DNA of 64,000 bases from the human T2T-CHM13v2.0 reference genome, Homo sapiens. The notes beneath the pieces were generated by a model. That model had not been told where the DNA came from, ran no database searches, and was given only the letters and a program-made list of their open reading frames with translations. Location of the stretch: NCBI RefSeq assembly GCF_009914755.1, contig NC_060929.1. The stretch is one strand, 5' to 3'. This document shows, piece by piece, positions 39,772-54,200 of the stretch (positions are counted from its first letter, which is position 1; each line of letters starts with the position of its first letter). The position numbers and the translations under genes are program-made.

Positions 39772-42700
39772 CTAGACAGAAGAATTCCCAGTAACTTCCT
39801 TGTGTTGTGTACATTCAACTCACAGAGTTGAACGTTCCCTTAGACAGAGCAGATTTGAAACACTCTTTTTGTGCAATTGGCAAGTGGAGATTTCAAGCGC
39901 TTTAAGGTCAATGGCAGAAAAGGAAATATCTTCGTTTCAAAACTAGACAGAATCATTCCCACAAACTGCGTTGTGATGTGTTCGTTCATCTCACAGAGTT
40001 TAACCTTTCTTTTCGTAGAGCAGTTAGGAAACAGTCTGTTTGTAAATTCTGTAAGTGGATATTCTGACATCTTGTGGCCTTCGTTGGAAACGGGATTTCT
40101 TCATATTCTGCTAGACAGAAGAATTCTCAGAATCTTCCTTGTGTTGTGTGTATTCAACTCACACAGTTGAACGATTGTTTACACAGAGCAGATTTGAAAC
40201 ACTCTTTCTGTGGAATTTGCACGTGGAGATTTCAGCCGCTTTGAGGTCAATGGTAGAAAAGGAAATATCTTCGTATAAAAACTAGACAGAATGATTCTCA
40301 GAAACTTCTTTGTGATGTGTGCGTTCAACTCACAGAGTTTAACCTTTCTTTTCATGGAGCAGTTAGGAAACACTCTGTTTGTAAACTCTGCAAGTGGATA
40401 TTCAGACCTCTTTGAGGCCTTCGTTGGAAACGGGATTTCTTCATACTGTGCTAGACAGAAGAATTCTCAGTAACTTCCTTGTGTTGTGTGTATTCAACTC
40501 ACAGAGTTGAACGATCCTTTACACAGAGCAGACTTGAAACACTCTTTTTGTGGAATTTGCAAGTGGAGATTTCAGCCGCGTTGAGGTCAATGGTAGAAAA
40601 GGAAATATCTTCGTATAAAAACTAGACAGAATGATTCTCAGAAACTCCTTTGTGATGTGTGTGTTCAACTCACAGAGTTTAACATTTCTTTTCATAGAGC
40701 AGTTAGGAAACACTCTGTTTTTAAAGTCTGCAAGTGGATATTCAGACCTCTTTGAGGCCTTCGTTGGAAACGGGTTTTTTTCATATAAGGCTAGACAGAA
40801 GAATTCCCAGTAACTTCCTTGTGTTGTGTGTGTTCAACTCACAGAGTTGAACTTTCATTTACACAGAGCAGATTTGAAACACTCTTTTTGTGGAATTTGC
40901 AAGTGGAGATTTCAAGCGCTTTCAGGCCAAAGGCAGAAAAGGAAATATCTTCGTATAAAAACTAGACAGAATCATTCTCAGAAACTGCTCTGCGATGTGT
41001 GCGTTCAACTCTCAGAGTTTAACTTTTCTTTTCATTCAGCAGTTTGGAAACACTCTGTTTGTAAAGTCTGCACGTGGATAATTTGACCACTTAGAGTCCT
41101 TCGTTGGAAACGGGTTTTTTTCATGTAAGGCTAGACAGAAGAATTCTCAGTAACTTCCTTGTGTTGTGTGTATTCAACTCACAGAGTTGAACGATCCTTT
41201 ACACAGAGCAGACTTGAAACACTCTTTTTGTGGAATTTGCAAGTGGAGATTTCAGCCGCGTTGAGGTCAATGGTAGAAAAGGAAATATCTTCGTATAAAA
41301 ACTAGACAGAATGATTCTCAGAAACTCCTTTGTGATTTGTGTGTTCAACTCACAGAGTTTAACATTTCTTTTCATAGAGCAGTTAGGAAACACTCTGTTT
41401 GTAAAGTCTGCAAGTAGATATTCAGACCTCTTTGAGGCCTTCGTTGGAAACGGGTTTTTTTCATATAAGGCTAGACAGAAGAATTCCCAGTAACTTCTTT
41501 GTGTTGTGTGTGTTCAACTCACAGAGTTGAACTTTCATTTACACAGAGCAGATTTGAAACACTCTTTTTGTGGAATTTGCAAGTGGAGATATCAAGCGCT
41601 TTCAGGCCAAAGGCAGAAAAGGAAATATCTTCGTATAAAAACTAGACAGAATCATTCTCAGAAACTGCTCTGCGATGTGTGCGTTCAACTCTCAGAGTTT
41701 AACTTTTCTTTTCATTCAGCAGTTTGGAAACACTCTGTTTGTAAAGTCTGCACGTGGATAATTTGACCACTTAGAGGCCTTCGTTGGAAACGGGTTTTTT
41801 TCATGTAAGGCTAGACAGAAGAATTCTCAGTAACTTCCTTGTTTTGTGTGTATTCAACTCACAGAGTTGAACGATCCTTTACACAGAGCAGACTTGTAAC
41901 ACTCTTTTTGTGGAATTTGCAAGTGGAGATTTCAGCCGCTTTGAAGTCAAAGGTAGAAAAGGAAATATCTTCCTATAAAAACTAAACAGAATGATTCTCA
42001 GAAACTCCTTTGTGATGTGTGCGTTCAACTCACAGAGTTTAACCTTTCTTTTCATAGAGCAGTTAGGAAACACTCTGCTTGTAAAGTCTGCAAGTGGATA
42101 TTCAGCCCTCTTTGAGGCCTTCGTTGGAAACGGGTTTTTTTCATATAAGGCTAGACAGAAGAATTCCCAGTAACTTCCTTGTGTTGTGTGTGTTCAACTC
42201 ACAGAGTTGAACTTTGATTTACACAGAGCAGATTTGAAACACTCTTTTTGTGGAATTTGCAAGTGGAGATTTCAAGCGCTTTGAGGCCAAAGGCAGAAAA
42301 GGAAATATCTTCGTATAAAAACTAGACAGAATCATTCTCAGAAACTGCTCTGCGATGTGTGCGTTCAACTCTCAGAGTTTAACTTTTCTTTTCATTCAGC
42401 AGTTTGGAAACACTCTGTTTGTAAAGTCTGCACGTGGATATTTTGACCACTTAGAGGCCTTCGTTGGAAACGGGTTTTTTTCCTGTAAGGCTAGACAGAA
42501 GAATTCCCAGTAACTTCCTTGTGTTGTGTACATTCAACTCACAGAGTTGAACGTTCCCTTAGACAGAGCAGATTTGAAACACTCTTTTTGTGCAATTGGC
42601 AAGTGGAGATTTCAAGCGCTTTAAGGTCAATGGCAGAAAAGGAAATATCTTCGTTTCAAAACTAGACAGAATCATTCCCACAAACTGCGTTGTGATGTGT

Positions 42701-45208
42701 TCGTTCATCTCACAGAGTTTAACCTTTCTTTTCGTAGAGCAGTTAGGAAACAGTCTGTTTGTAAATTCTGTAAGTGGATATTCTGACATCTTGTGGCCTT
42801 CGTTGGAAACGGGATTTCTTCATATTCTGCTAGACAGAAGAATTCTCAGAATCTTCCTTGTGTTGTGTGTATTCAACTCACACAGTTGAACGATTGTTTA
42901 CACAGAGCAGATTTGAAACACTCTTTCTGTGGAATTTGCACGTGGAGATTTCAGCCGCTTTGAGGTCAATGGTAGAAAAGGAAATATCTTCGTATAAAAA
43001 CTAGACAGAATGATTCTCAGAAACTTCTTTGTGATGTGTGCGTTCAACTCACAGAGTTTAACCTTTCTTTTCATGGAGCAGTTAGGAAACACTCTGTTTG
43101 TAAACTCTGCAAGTGGATATTCAGACCTATTTGAGGCCTTCGTTGGAAACGGGATTTCTTCATACTGTGCTAGACAGAAGAATTCTCAGTAACTTCCTTG
43201 TGTTGTGTGTATTCAACTCACAGAGTGGAACGATCCTTTACACAGAGCAGACTTGGAACACTCTTTTTGTGGAATTTGCAAGTGCAGATTTCAGCCGCGT
43301 TGAGGTCAATGGTAGAAAAGGAAATATCTTCGTATAAAAACTAGACAGAATGATTCTCAGAAACTCCTTTGTGATGTGTGTGTTCAACTCACAGAGTTTA
43401 ACATTTCTTTTCATAGAGCAGTTAGGAAACACTCTGTTTTTAAAGTCTGCAAGTGGATATTCAGACCTCTTTGAGGCCTTCGTTGGAAACGGGTTTTTTC
43501 ATATAAGGCTAGGCAGAAGAATTCCCAGTAACTTCCTTGTGTTGTGTGTGTTCAACTCACAGAGTTGAACTTTCATTTACACAGAGCAGATTTGAAACAC
43601 TCTTTTTGTGGAATTTGCAAGTGGAGATTTCAAGCGCTTTCAGGCCAAAGGCAGAAAAGGAAATATCTTCGTATAAAAACTAGACAGAATCATTCTCAGA
43701 AACTGCTCTGCGATGTGTGCGTTCAACTCTCAGAGTTTAACTTTTCTTTTCATTCAGCAGTTTGGAAACACTCTGTTTGTAAAGTCTGCACGTGGATAAT
43801 TTGACCACTTAGAGGCCTTCGTTGGAAACGGGTTTTTTTCATGTAAGGCTAGACAGAAGAATTCTCAGTAACTTCCTTGTGTTGTGTGTATTCAACTCAC
43901 AGAGTTGAACGATCCTTTACACAGAGCAGACTTGAAACACTCTTTTTGTGGAATTTGCAAGTGGAGATTTCAGCCGCGTTGAGGTCAATGGTAGAAAAGG
44001 AAATATCTTCGTATAAAAACTAGACAGAATGATTCTCAGAAACTCCTTTGTGATTTGTGTGTTCAACTCACAGAGTTTAACATTTCTTTTCATAGAGCAG
44101 TTAGGAAACACTCTGTTTGTAAAGTCTGCAAGTGGATATTCAGACCTCTTTGAGGCCTTCGTTGGAAACGGGTTTTTTTCATATAAGGCTAGACAGAAGA
44201 ATTCCCAGTAACTTCTTTGTGTTGTGTGTGTTCAACTCACAGAGTTGAACTTTCATTTACACAGAGCAGATTTGAAACACTCTTTTTGTGGAATTTGCAA
44301 GTGGAGATTTCAAGCGCTTTGAGGCCAAAGGCAGAAAAGGAAATATCTTCGTATAAAAACTAGACAGAATCATTCTCAGAAACTGCTCTGCGATGTGTGC
44401 GTTCAACTCTCAGAGTTTAACTTTTCTTTTCATTCAGCAGTTTGGAAACACTCTGTTTGTAAAGTCTGCACGTGGATAATTTGACCACTTAGAGGCCTTC
44501 GTTGGAAACGGGTTTTTTTCATGTAAGGCTAGACAGAAGAATTCTCAGTAACTTCCTCGTTTTGTGTGTATTCAACTCACAGAGTTGAACGATCCTTTAC
44601 ACAGAGCAGACTTGTAACACTCTTTTTGTGGAATTTGCAAGTGGAGATTTCAGCCGCTTTGAAGTCAAAGGTAGAAAAGGAAATATCTTCCTATAAAAAC
44701 TAAACAGAATGATTCTCAGAAACTCCTTTGTGATGTGTGCGTTCAACTCACAGAGTTTAACCTTTCTTTTCATAGAGCAGTTAGGAAACACTCTGCTTGT
44801 AAAGTCTGCAAGTGGATATTCAGCCCTCTTTGAGGCCTTCGTTGGAAACGGGTTTTTTTCATATAAGGCTAGACAGAAGAATTCCCAGTAACTTCCTTGT
44901 GTTGTGTGTGTTCAACTCACAGAGTTGAACTTTGATTTACACAGAGCAGATTTGAAACACTCTTTTTGTGGAATTTGCAAGTGGAGATTTCAAGCGCTTT
45001 GAGGCCAAAGGCAGAAAAGGAAATATCTTCGTATAAAAACTAGACAGAATCATTCTCAGAAACTGCTCTGCGATGTGTGCGTTCAACTCTCAGAGTTTAA
45101 CTTTTCTTTTCATTCAGCAGTTTGGAAACACTCTGTTTGTAAAGTCTGCACGTGGATATTTTGACCACTTAGAGGCCTTCGTTGGAAACGGGTTTTTTTC
45201 CTGTAAGG
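39772..45208 (+). repeat. Tandem pair of 16-mer units (2719/2718 bp) with structure C-D-E-A-E-A-B-A'
   Basis: Shared variants: TTGCACGTGG in D at ~40222/42941, GTTTTTAAAG at ~40721/43440, GTGATTTGT at ~41337/44055, CTTCTTTGTG at ~41498/44216 and ACTAAACAGA at ~41985/44703. Confidence 0.88.
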
Positions 45209-48200
45209 CTAGACAGAAGAATTCCCAGTAACTTCCTTGTGTTGTGTACATTCAACTCACAGAGTTGAACGTTCCCTTAGACAGAGCAGATTTGAAACAC
45301 TCTTTTTGTGCAATTGGCAAGTGGAGATTTCAAGCGCTTTAAGGTCAATGGCAGAAAAGGAAATATCTTCGTTTCAAAACTAGACAGAATCATTCCCACA
45401 AACTGCGTTGTGATGTGTTCGTTCATCTCACAGAGTTTAACCTTTCTTTTCGTAGAGCAGTTAGGAAACAGTCTGTTTGTAAATTCTGTAAGTGGATATT
45501 CTGACATCTTGTGGCCTTCGTTGGAAACGGGATTTCTTCATATTCTGCTAGACAGAAGAATTCTCAGAATCTTCCTTGTGTTGTGTGTATTCAACTCACA
45601 CAGTTGAACGATTGTTTACACAGAGCAGATTTGAAACACTCTTTTTGTGGAATTTGCAAGTGGAGATTTCAGCCGCTTTGAGGTCCATGGTAGAAAAGGA
45701 AATATCTTCGTATAAAAACTAGACAGAATGATTCTCAGAAACTTCTTTGTGATGTGTGCGTTCAACTCACAGAGTTTAACCTTTCTTTTCATAGAGCAGT
45801 TAGGAAACACTCTGTTTGTAAACTCTGCAAGTGGATATTCAGACCTCTTTGAGGCCTTCGTTGGAAACGGGATTTCTTCATACTGTGCTAGACAGAAGAA
45901 TTCTCAGTAACTTCCTTGTGTTGTGTGTATTCAACTCACAGAGTTGAACGATCCTTTACACAGAGCAGACTTGAAACGCTCTTTTTGTGGAATTTGCAAG
46001 TGGAGATTTCAGCCGCGTTGAGGTCAATGGTAGAAAAGGAAATATCTTCGTATAAAAACTAGACAGAATGATTCTCAGAAACTCCTTTGTGATGTGTGCG
46101 TTCAACTCACAGAGTTTAACCTTTCTTTTCATAGAGCAGTTAGGAATCACTCTGTTTTTAAAGTCTGCAAGTGGATATTCAGACCTCTTTGAGGCCTTCG
46201 TTGGAAACGGGTTTTTTTCATATAAGGCTAGACAGAAGAATTCCCAGTAACTTCCTTGTGTTGTGTGTGTTCAACTCACAGAGTTGAACTTTCATTTACA
46301 CAGAGCAGATTTGAAACACTCTTTTTGTGGAATTTGCAAATGGAGATTTCAAGCGCTTTGAGGTCAAAGGCAGAAAAGAAAATATCTTCGTATAAAAACT
46401 AGACAGAATCATTCTCAGAAACTGCTCTGCGATGTGTGCGTTCAACTCTCAGAGTTTAACTTTGCTTTTCATTCAGCAGTTTGGAAACACTCTGTTTGTA
46501 AAGTCTGCACGTGGATAATTTGACCACTTAGAGGCCTTCGTTGGAAACGGGTTTTTTTCATGTAAGGCTAGACAGAAGAATTCTCAGTAACTTCCTTGTG
46601 TTGTGTGTATTCAACTCACACAGTTGAACGATCCTTTACACAGAGCAGACTTGTAACACTCTTTTTGTGGAATTTGCAAGTGGAGATTTCAGCCGCTTTG
46701 AAGTCAAAGGTAGAAAAGGAAATATCTTCCTATAAAAACTAGACAGAATGATTCTCAGAAACTCCTTTGTGATGTGTGCGTTCAACTCACAGAGTTTAAC
46801 CTTTCTTTTCATAGAGCAGTTAGGAAACACTCTGTTTGTAAAGTCTCCAAGTGGATATTCAGACCTCTTTGAGGCCTTCGTTGGAAACGGGTTTTTTTCA
46901 TGTAAGGCTAGACAGAAGAATTCCCAGTAACTTCCTTGTGTTGTGTGTGTTCTACTCACAGAGTTGAACTTTGATTTACACAGAGCAGATTTGAAACACT
47001 CTTTTTGTGGAATTTGCAAGTGGAGATTTCAAGCGCTTTGAGGCCAAAGGCAGAAAAGGAAATATCTTCGTATAAAAACTAGACAGAATCATTCTCAGAA
47101 ACTGCTCTGCGATGTGTGCGTTCAACTCTCAGAGTTTAACTTTTCTTTTCATTCAGCAGTTTGGAAACACTCTGTTTGTAAAGTCTGCACGTGGATATTT
47201 TGACCACTTAGAGGCCTTCGTTGGAAACGGGTTTTTTTCCTGTAAGGCTAGACAGAAGAATTCCCAGTAACTTCCTTGTGTTGTGTACATTCAACTCACA
47301 GAGTTGAACGTTCCCTTAGACAGAGCAGATTTGAAACACTCTTTTTGTGCAATTGGCAAGTGGAGATTTCAAGCGCTTTAAGGTCAATGGCAGAAAAGGA
47401 AATATCTTCGTTTCAAAACTAGACAGAATCATTCCCACAAACTGCGTTGTGATGTGTTCGTTCATCTCACAGAGTTTAACCTTTCTTTTCGTAGAGCAGT
47501 TAGGAAACAGTCTGTTTGTAAATTCTGTAAGTGGATATTCTGACATCTTGTGGCCTTCGTTGGAAACGGGATTTCTTCATATTCTGCTAGACAGAAGAAT
47601 TCTCAGAATCTTCCTTGTGTTGTGTGTATTCAACTCACACAGTTGAACGATTGTTTACACAGAGCAGATTTGAAACACTCTTTTTGTGGAATTTGCAAGT
47701 GGAGATTTCAGCCGCTTTGAGGTCAATGGTAGAAAAGGAAATATCTTCGTATAAAAACTAGACAGAATGATTCTCAGAAACTTCTTTGTGATGTGTGCGT
47801 TCAACTCACAGAGTTTAACCTTTCTTTTCATAGAGCAGTTAGGAAACACTCTGTTTGTAAAGTCTCCAAGTGGATATTCAGACCACTTTGAGGCCTTCGT
47901 TGGAAACGGGATTTCTTCATACTGTGCTAGACAGAAGAATTCTCAGTAACTTCCTTGTGTTGTGTGTATTCAACTCACAGAGTTGAACGATCCTTTACAC
48001 AGAGCAGACTTGAAACGCTCTTTTTGTGGAATTTGCAAGTGGAGATTTCAGCCCCGTTGAGGTCAATCGTAGAAAAGGAAATATCTTCGTATAAAAACTA
48101 GACAGAATGATTCTCAGAAACTCCTTTGTGATGTGTGTGTTCAACTCACAGAGTTTAACATTTCTTTTCATAGAGCAGTTAGGAAACACTCTGTTTGTAA

Positions 48201-51200
48201 AGTCTGCAAGTGGATATTCAGACCTCTTTGAGGCCTTCGTTGGAAACGGGTTTTTTTCATATAAGGCTAGACAGAAGAATTCCCAGTAACTTCCTTGTGT
48301 TGTGTGTGTTCAACTCACAGAGTTGAACTTTCATTTACACAGAGCAGATTTGAAACACTCTTTTTGTGGAATTTGCAAATGGAGATTTCAAGCGCTTTGA
48401 GGCCAAAGGCAGAAAAGGAAATATCTTCGTATAAAAACTAGACAGAATCATTCTCAGAAACTGCTCTGCGATGTGTGCGTTCAACTCTCAGAGTTTAACT
48501 TTGCTTTTCATTCAGCAGTTTGGAAACACTCTGTTTGTAAAGTCTGCACGTGGATAATTTGACCACTTAGAGGCCTTCGTTGGAAACGGGTTTTTTTCAT
48601 GTAAGGCTAGACAGAAGAATTCTCAGTAACTTCCTTGTGTTGTGTGTATTCAACTCACACAGTTGAACGATCCTTTACACAGAGCAGACTTGTAACACTC
48701 TTTTTGTGGAATTTGCAAGTGGAGATTTCAGCCGCTTTGAAGTCAAAGGTAGAAAAGGAAATATCTTCCTATAAAAACTAGACAGAATGATTCTCAGAAA
48801 CTCCTTTGTGATGTGTGCGTTCAACTCACAGAGTTTAACCTTTCTTTTCATAGAGCAGTTAGGAAACACTCTGTTTGTAAAGTCTCCAAGTGGATATTCA
48901 GACCTCTTTGAGGCCTTCGTTGGAAACGGGTTTTTTTCATATAAGGCTAGACAGAAGAATTCCCAGTAACTTCCTTGTGTTGTGTGTGTTCAACTCACAG
49001 AGTTGAACTTTGATTTACACAGAGCAGATTTGAAACACTCTTTTTGTGGAATTTGCAAGTGGAGATTTCAAGCGCTTTGAGGCCAAAGGCAGAAAAGGAA
49101 ATATCTTCGTATAAAAACTAGACAGAATCATTCTCAGAAACTGCTCTGCGATGTGTGCGTTCAACTCTCAGAGTTTAACTTTTCTTCTCATTCAGCAGTT
49201 TGGAAACACTCTGTTTGTAAAGTCTGCACGTGGATAATTTGACCACTTAGAGGCCTTCGTTGGAAACGGGTTTTTTTCATGTAAGGCTAGACAGAAGAAT
49301 TCTCAGTAACTTCCTTGTGTTGTGTGTATTCAACTCACACAGTTGAACGATCCTTTACACAGAGCAGACTTGTAACACTCTTTTTGTGGAATTTGCAAGT
49401 GGAGATTTCAGCCGCTTTGAAGTCAAAGGTAGAAAAGGAAATATCTTCCTATAAAAACTAGACAGAATGATTCTCAGAAACTCCTTTGTGATGTGTGTGT
49501 TCAACTCACAGAGTTTAACCTTTCTTTTCATAGAGCAGTTAGGAATCACTCTGTTTGTAAAGTCTGCAAGTGGATATTCAGACCTCTTTGAGGCCTTCGT
49601 TGGAAACGGGTTTTTTTCATATAAGGCTAGACAGAAGAATTCCCAGTAACTTCCTTGTGTTGTGTGTGTTCAACTCACAGAGTTGAACTTTCATTTACAC
49701 AGAGCAGATTTGAAACACTCTTTTTGTGGAATTTGCAAATGGAGATTTCAAGCGCTTTGAGGCCAAAGGCAGAAAAGGAAATATCTTTGTATAAAAACTA
49801 GACAGAATCATTCTCAGAAACTGCTCTGCGATGTGTGCGTTCAACTCTCAGAGTTTAACTTTGCTTTTCATTCAGCAGTTTGGAAACACTCTGTTTGTAA
49901 AGTCTGCACGTGGATAATTTGACCACTTAGAGGCCTTCGTTGGAAACGGGTTTTTTTCATGTAAGGCTAGACAGAAGAATTCTCAGTAACTTCCTTGTGT
50001 TGTGTGTATTCAACTCACAGAGTTGAACGATCCTTTACACAGAGCAGACTTGTAACACTCTTTTTGTGGAATTTGCAAGTGGAGATTTCAGCCGCTTTGA
50101 AGTCAAAGGTAGAAAAGGAAATATCTTCCTATAAAAACTAAACAGAATGATTCTCAGAAACTCCTTTGTGATGTGTGCGTTCAACTCACAGAGTTTAACC
50201 TTTCTTTTCATAGAGCAGTTAGGAAACACTCTGCTTGTAAAGTCTGCAAGTGGATATTCAGCCCTCTTTGAGGCCTTCGTTGGAAACGGGTTTTTTTCAT
50301 ATAAGGCTAGACAGAAGAATTCCCAGTAACTTCCTTGTGTTGTGTGTGTTCAACTCACAGAGTTGAACTTTGATTTACACAGAGCAGATTTGAAACACTC
50401 TTTTTGTGGAATTTGCAAGTGGAGATTTCAAGCGCTTTGAGGCCAAAGGCAGAAAAGGAAATATCTTCGTATAAAAACTAGACAGAATCATTCTCAGAAA
50501 CTGCTCTGCGATGTGTGCGTTCAACTCTCAGAGTTTAACTTTTCTTTTCATTCAGCAGTTTGGAAACACTCTGTTTGTAAAGTCTGCACGTGGATATTTT
50601 GACCACTTAGAGGCCTTCGTTGGAAACGGGTTTTTTTCCTGTAAGGCTAGACAGAAGAATTCCCAGTAACTTCCTTGTGTTGTGTACATTCAACTCACAG
50701 AGTTGAACGTTCCCTTAGACAGAGCAGATTTGAAACACTCTTTTTGTGCAATTGGCAAGTGGAGATTTCAAGCGCTTTAAGGTCAATGGCAGAAAAGGAA
50801 ATATCTTCGTTTCAAAACTAGACAGAATCATTCCCACAAACTGCGTTGTGATGTGTTCGTTCATCTCACAGAGTTTAACCTTTCTTTTCGTAGAGCAGTT
50901 AGGAAACAGTCTGTTTGTAAATTCTGTAAGTGGATATTCTGACATCTTGTGGCCTTCGTTGGAAACGGGATTTCTTCATATTCTGCTAGACAGAAGAATT
51001 CTCAGAATCTTCCTTGTGTTGTGTGTATTCAACTCACACAGTTGAACGATTGTTTACACAGAGCAGATTTGAAACACTCTTTTTGTGGAATTTGCAAGTG
51101 GAGATTTCAGCCGCTTTGAGGTCCATGGTAGAAAAGGAAATATCTTCGTATAAAAACTAGACAGAATGATTCTCAGAAACTTCTTTGTGATGTGTGCGTT

Positions 51201-54200
51201 CAACTCACAGAGTTTAACCTTTCTTTTCATAGAGCAGTTAGGAAACACTCTGTTTGTAAACTCTGCAAGTGGATATTCAGACCTCTTTGAGGCCTTCGTT
51301 GGAAACGGGATTTCTTCATACTGTGCTAGACAGAAGAATTCTCAGTAACTTCCTTGTGTTGTGTGTATTCAACTCACAGAGTTGAACGATCCTTTACACA
51401 GAGCAGACTTGAAACGCTCTTTTTGTGGAATTTGCAAGTGGAGATTTCAGCCGCGTTGAGGTCAATGGTAGAAAAGGAAATATCTTCGTATAAAAACTAG
51501 ACAGAATGATTCTCAGAAACTCCTTTGTGATGTGTGCGTTCAACTCACAGAGTTTAACCTTTCTTTTCATAGAGCAGTTAGGAATCACTCTGTTTTTAAA
51601 GTCTGCAAGTGGATATTCAGACCTCTTTGAGGCCTTCGTTGGAAACGGGTTTTTTTCATATAAGGCTAGACAGAAGAATTCCCAGTAACTTCCTTGTGTT
51701 GTGTGTGTTCAACTCACAGAGTTGAACTTTCATTTACACAGAGCAGATTTGAAACACTCTTTTTGTGGAATTTGCAAATGGAGATTTCAAGCGCTTTGAG
51801 GTCAAAGGCAGAAAAGAAAATATCTTCGTATAAAAACTAGACAGAATCATTCTCAGAAACTGCTCTGCGATGTGTGCGTTCAACTCTCAGAGTTTAACTT
51901 TGCTTTTCATTCAGCAGTTTGGAAACACTCTGTTTGTAAAGTCTGCACGTGGATAATTTGACCACTTAGAGGCCTTCGTTGGAAACGGGTTTTTTTCATG
52001 TAAGGCTAGACAGAAGAATTCTCAGTAACTTCCTTGTGTTGTGTGTATTCAACTCACACAGTTGAACGATCCTTTACACAGAGCAGACTTGTAACACTCT
52101 TTTTGTGGAATTTGCAAGTGGAGATTTCAGCCGCTTTGAAGTCAAAGGTAGAAAAGGAAATATCTTCCTATAAAAACTAGACAGAATGATTCTCAGAAAC
52201 TCCTTTGTGATGTGTGCGTTCAACTCACAGAGTTTAACCTTTCTTTTCATAGAGCAGTTAGGAAACACTCTGTTTGTAAAGTCTCCAAGTGGATATTCAG
52301 ACCTCTTTGAGGCCTTCGTTGGAAACGGGTTTTTTTCATGTAAGGCTAGACAGAAGAATTCCCAGTAACTTCCTTGTGTTGTGTGTGTTCTACTCACAGA
52401 GTTGAACTTTGATTTACACAGAGCAGATTTGAAACACTCTTTTTGTGGAATTTGCAAGTGGAGATTTCAAGCGCTTTGAGGCCAAAGGCAGAAAAGGAAA
52501 TATCTTCGTATAAAAACTAGACAGAATCATTCTCAGAAACTGCTCTGCGATGTGTGCGTTCAACTCTCAGAGTTTAACTTTTCTTTTCATTCAGCAGTTT
52601 GGAAACACTCTGTTTGTAAAGTCTGCACGTGGATATTTTGACCACTTAGAGGCCTTCGTTGGAAACGGGTTTTTTTCCTGTAAGGCTAGACAGAAGAATT
52701 CCCAGTAACTTCCTTGTGTTGTGTACATTCAACTCACAGAGTTGAACGTTCCCTTAGACAGAGCAGATTTGAAACACTCTTTTTGTGCAATTGGCAAGTG
52801 GAGATTTCAAGCGCTTTAAGGTCAATGGCAGAAAAGGAAATATCTTCGTTTCAAAACTAGACAGAATCATTCCCACAAACTGCGTTGTGATGTGTTCGTT
52901 CATCTCACAGAGTTTAACCTTTCTTTTCGTAGAGCAGTTAGGAAACAGTCTGTTTGTAAATTCTGTAAGTGGATATTCTGACATCTTGTGGCCTTCGTTG
53001 GAAACGGGATTTCTTCATATTCTGCTAGACAGAAGAATTCTCAGAATCTTCCTTGTGTTGTGTGTATTCAACTCACACAGTTGAACGATTGTTTACACAG
53101 AGCAGATTTGAAACACTCTTTTTGTGGAATTTGCAAGTGGAGATTTCAGCCGCTTTGAGGTCAATGGTAGAAAAGGAAATATCTTCGTATAAAAACTAGA
53201 CAGAATGATTCTCAGAAACTTCTTTGTGATGTGTGCGTTCAACTCACAGAGTTTAACCTTTCTTTTCATAGAGCAGTTAGGAAACACTCTGTTTGTAAAG
53301 TCTCCAAGTGGATATTCAGACCACTTTGAGGCCTTCGTTGGAAACGGGATTTCTTCATACTGTGCTAGACAGAAGAATTCTCAGTAACTTCCTTGTGTTG
53401 TGTGTATTCAACTCACAGAGTTGAACGATCCTTTACACAGAGCAGACTTGAAACGCTCTTTTTGTGGAATTTGCAAGTGGAGATTTCAGCCCCGTTGAGG
53501 TCAATCGTAGAAAAGGAAATATCTTCGTATAAAAACTAGACAGAATGATTCTCAGAAACTCCTTTGTGATGTGTGTGTTCAACTCACAGAGTTTAACATT
53601 TCTTTTCATAGAGCAGTTAGGAAACACTCTGTTTGTAAAGTCTGCAAGTGGATATTCAGACCTCTTTGAGGCCTTCGTTGGAAACGGGTTTTTTTCATAT
53701 AAGGCTAGACAGAAGAATTCCCAGTAACTTCCTTGTGTTGTGTGTGTTCAACTCACAGAGTTGAACTTTCATTTACACAGAGCAGATTTGAAACACTCTT
53801 TTTGTGGAATTTGCAAATGGAGATTTCAAGCGCTTTGAGGCCAAAGGCAGAAAAGGAAATATCTTCGTATAAAAACTAGACAGAATCATTCTCAGAAACT
53901 GCTCTGCGATGTGTGCGTTCAACTCTCAGAGTTTAACTTTGCTTTTCATTCAGCAGTTTGGAAACACTCTGTTTGTAAAGTCTGCACGTGGATAATTTGA
54001 CCACTTAGAGGCCTTCGTTGGAAACGGGTTTTTTTCATGTAAGGCTAGACAGAAGAATTCTCAGTAACTTCCTTGTGTTGTGTGTATTCAACTCACACAG
54101 TTGAACGATCCTTTACACAGAGCAGACTTGTAACACTCTTTTTGTGGAATTTGCAAGTGGAGATTTCAGCCGCTTTGAAGTCAAAGGTAGAAAAGGAAAT

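Noticed and set aside
46636-47019. Longest ORF (127 aa, repeated at 52074-52457)
   Set aside because: It arises from point variants removing stop codons in one dimer and was copied by the 5438-bp duplication. There is no evidence of coding function.
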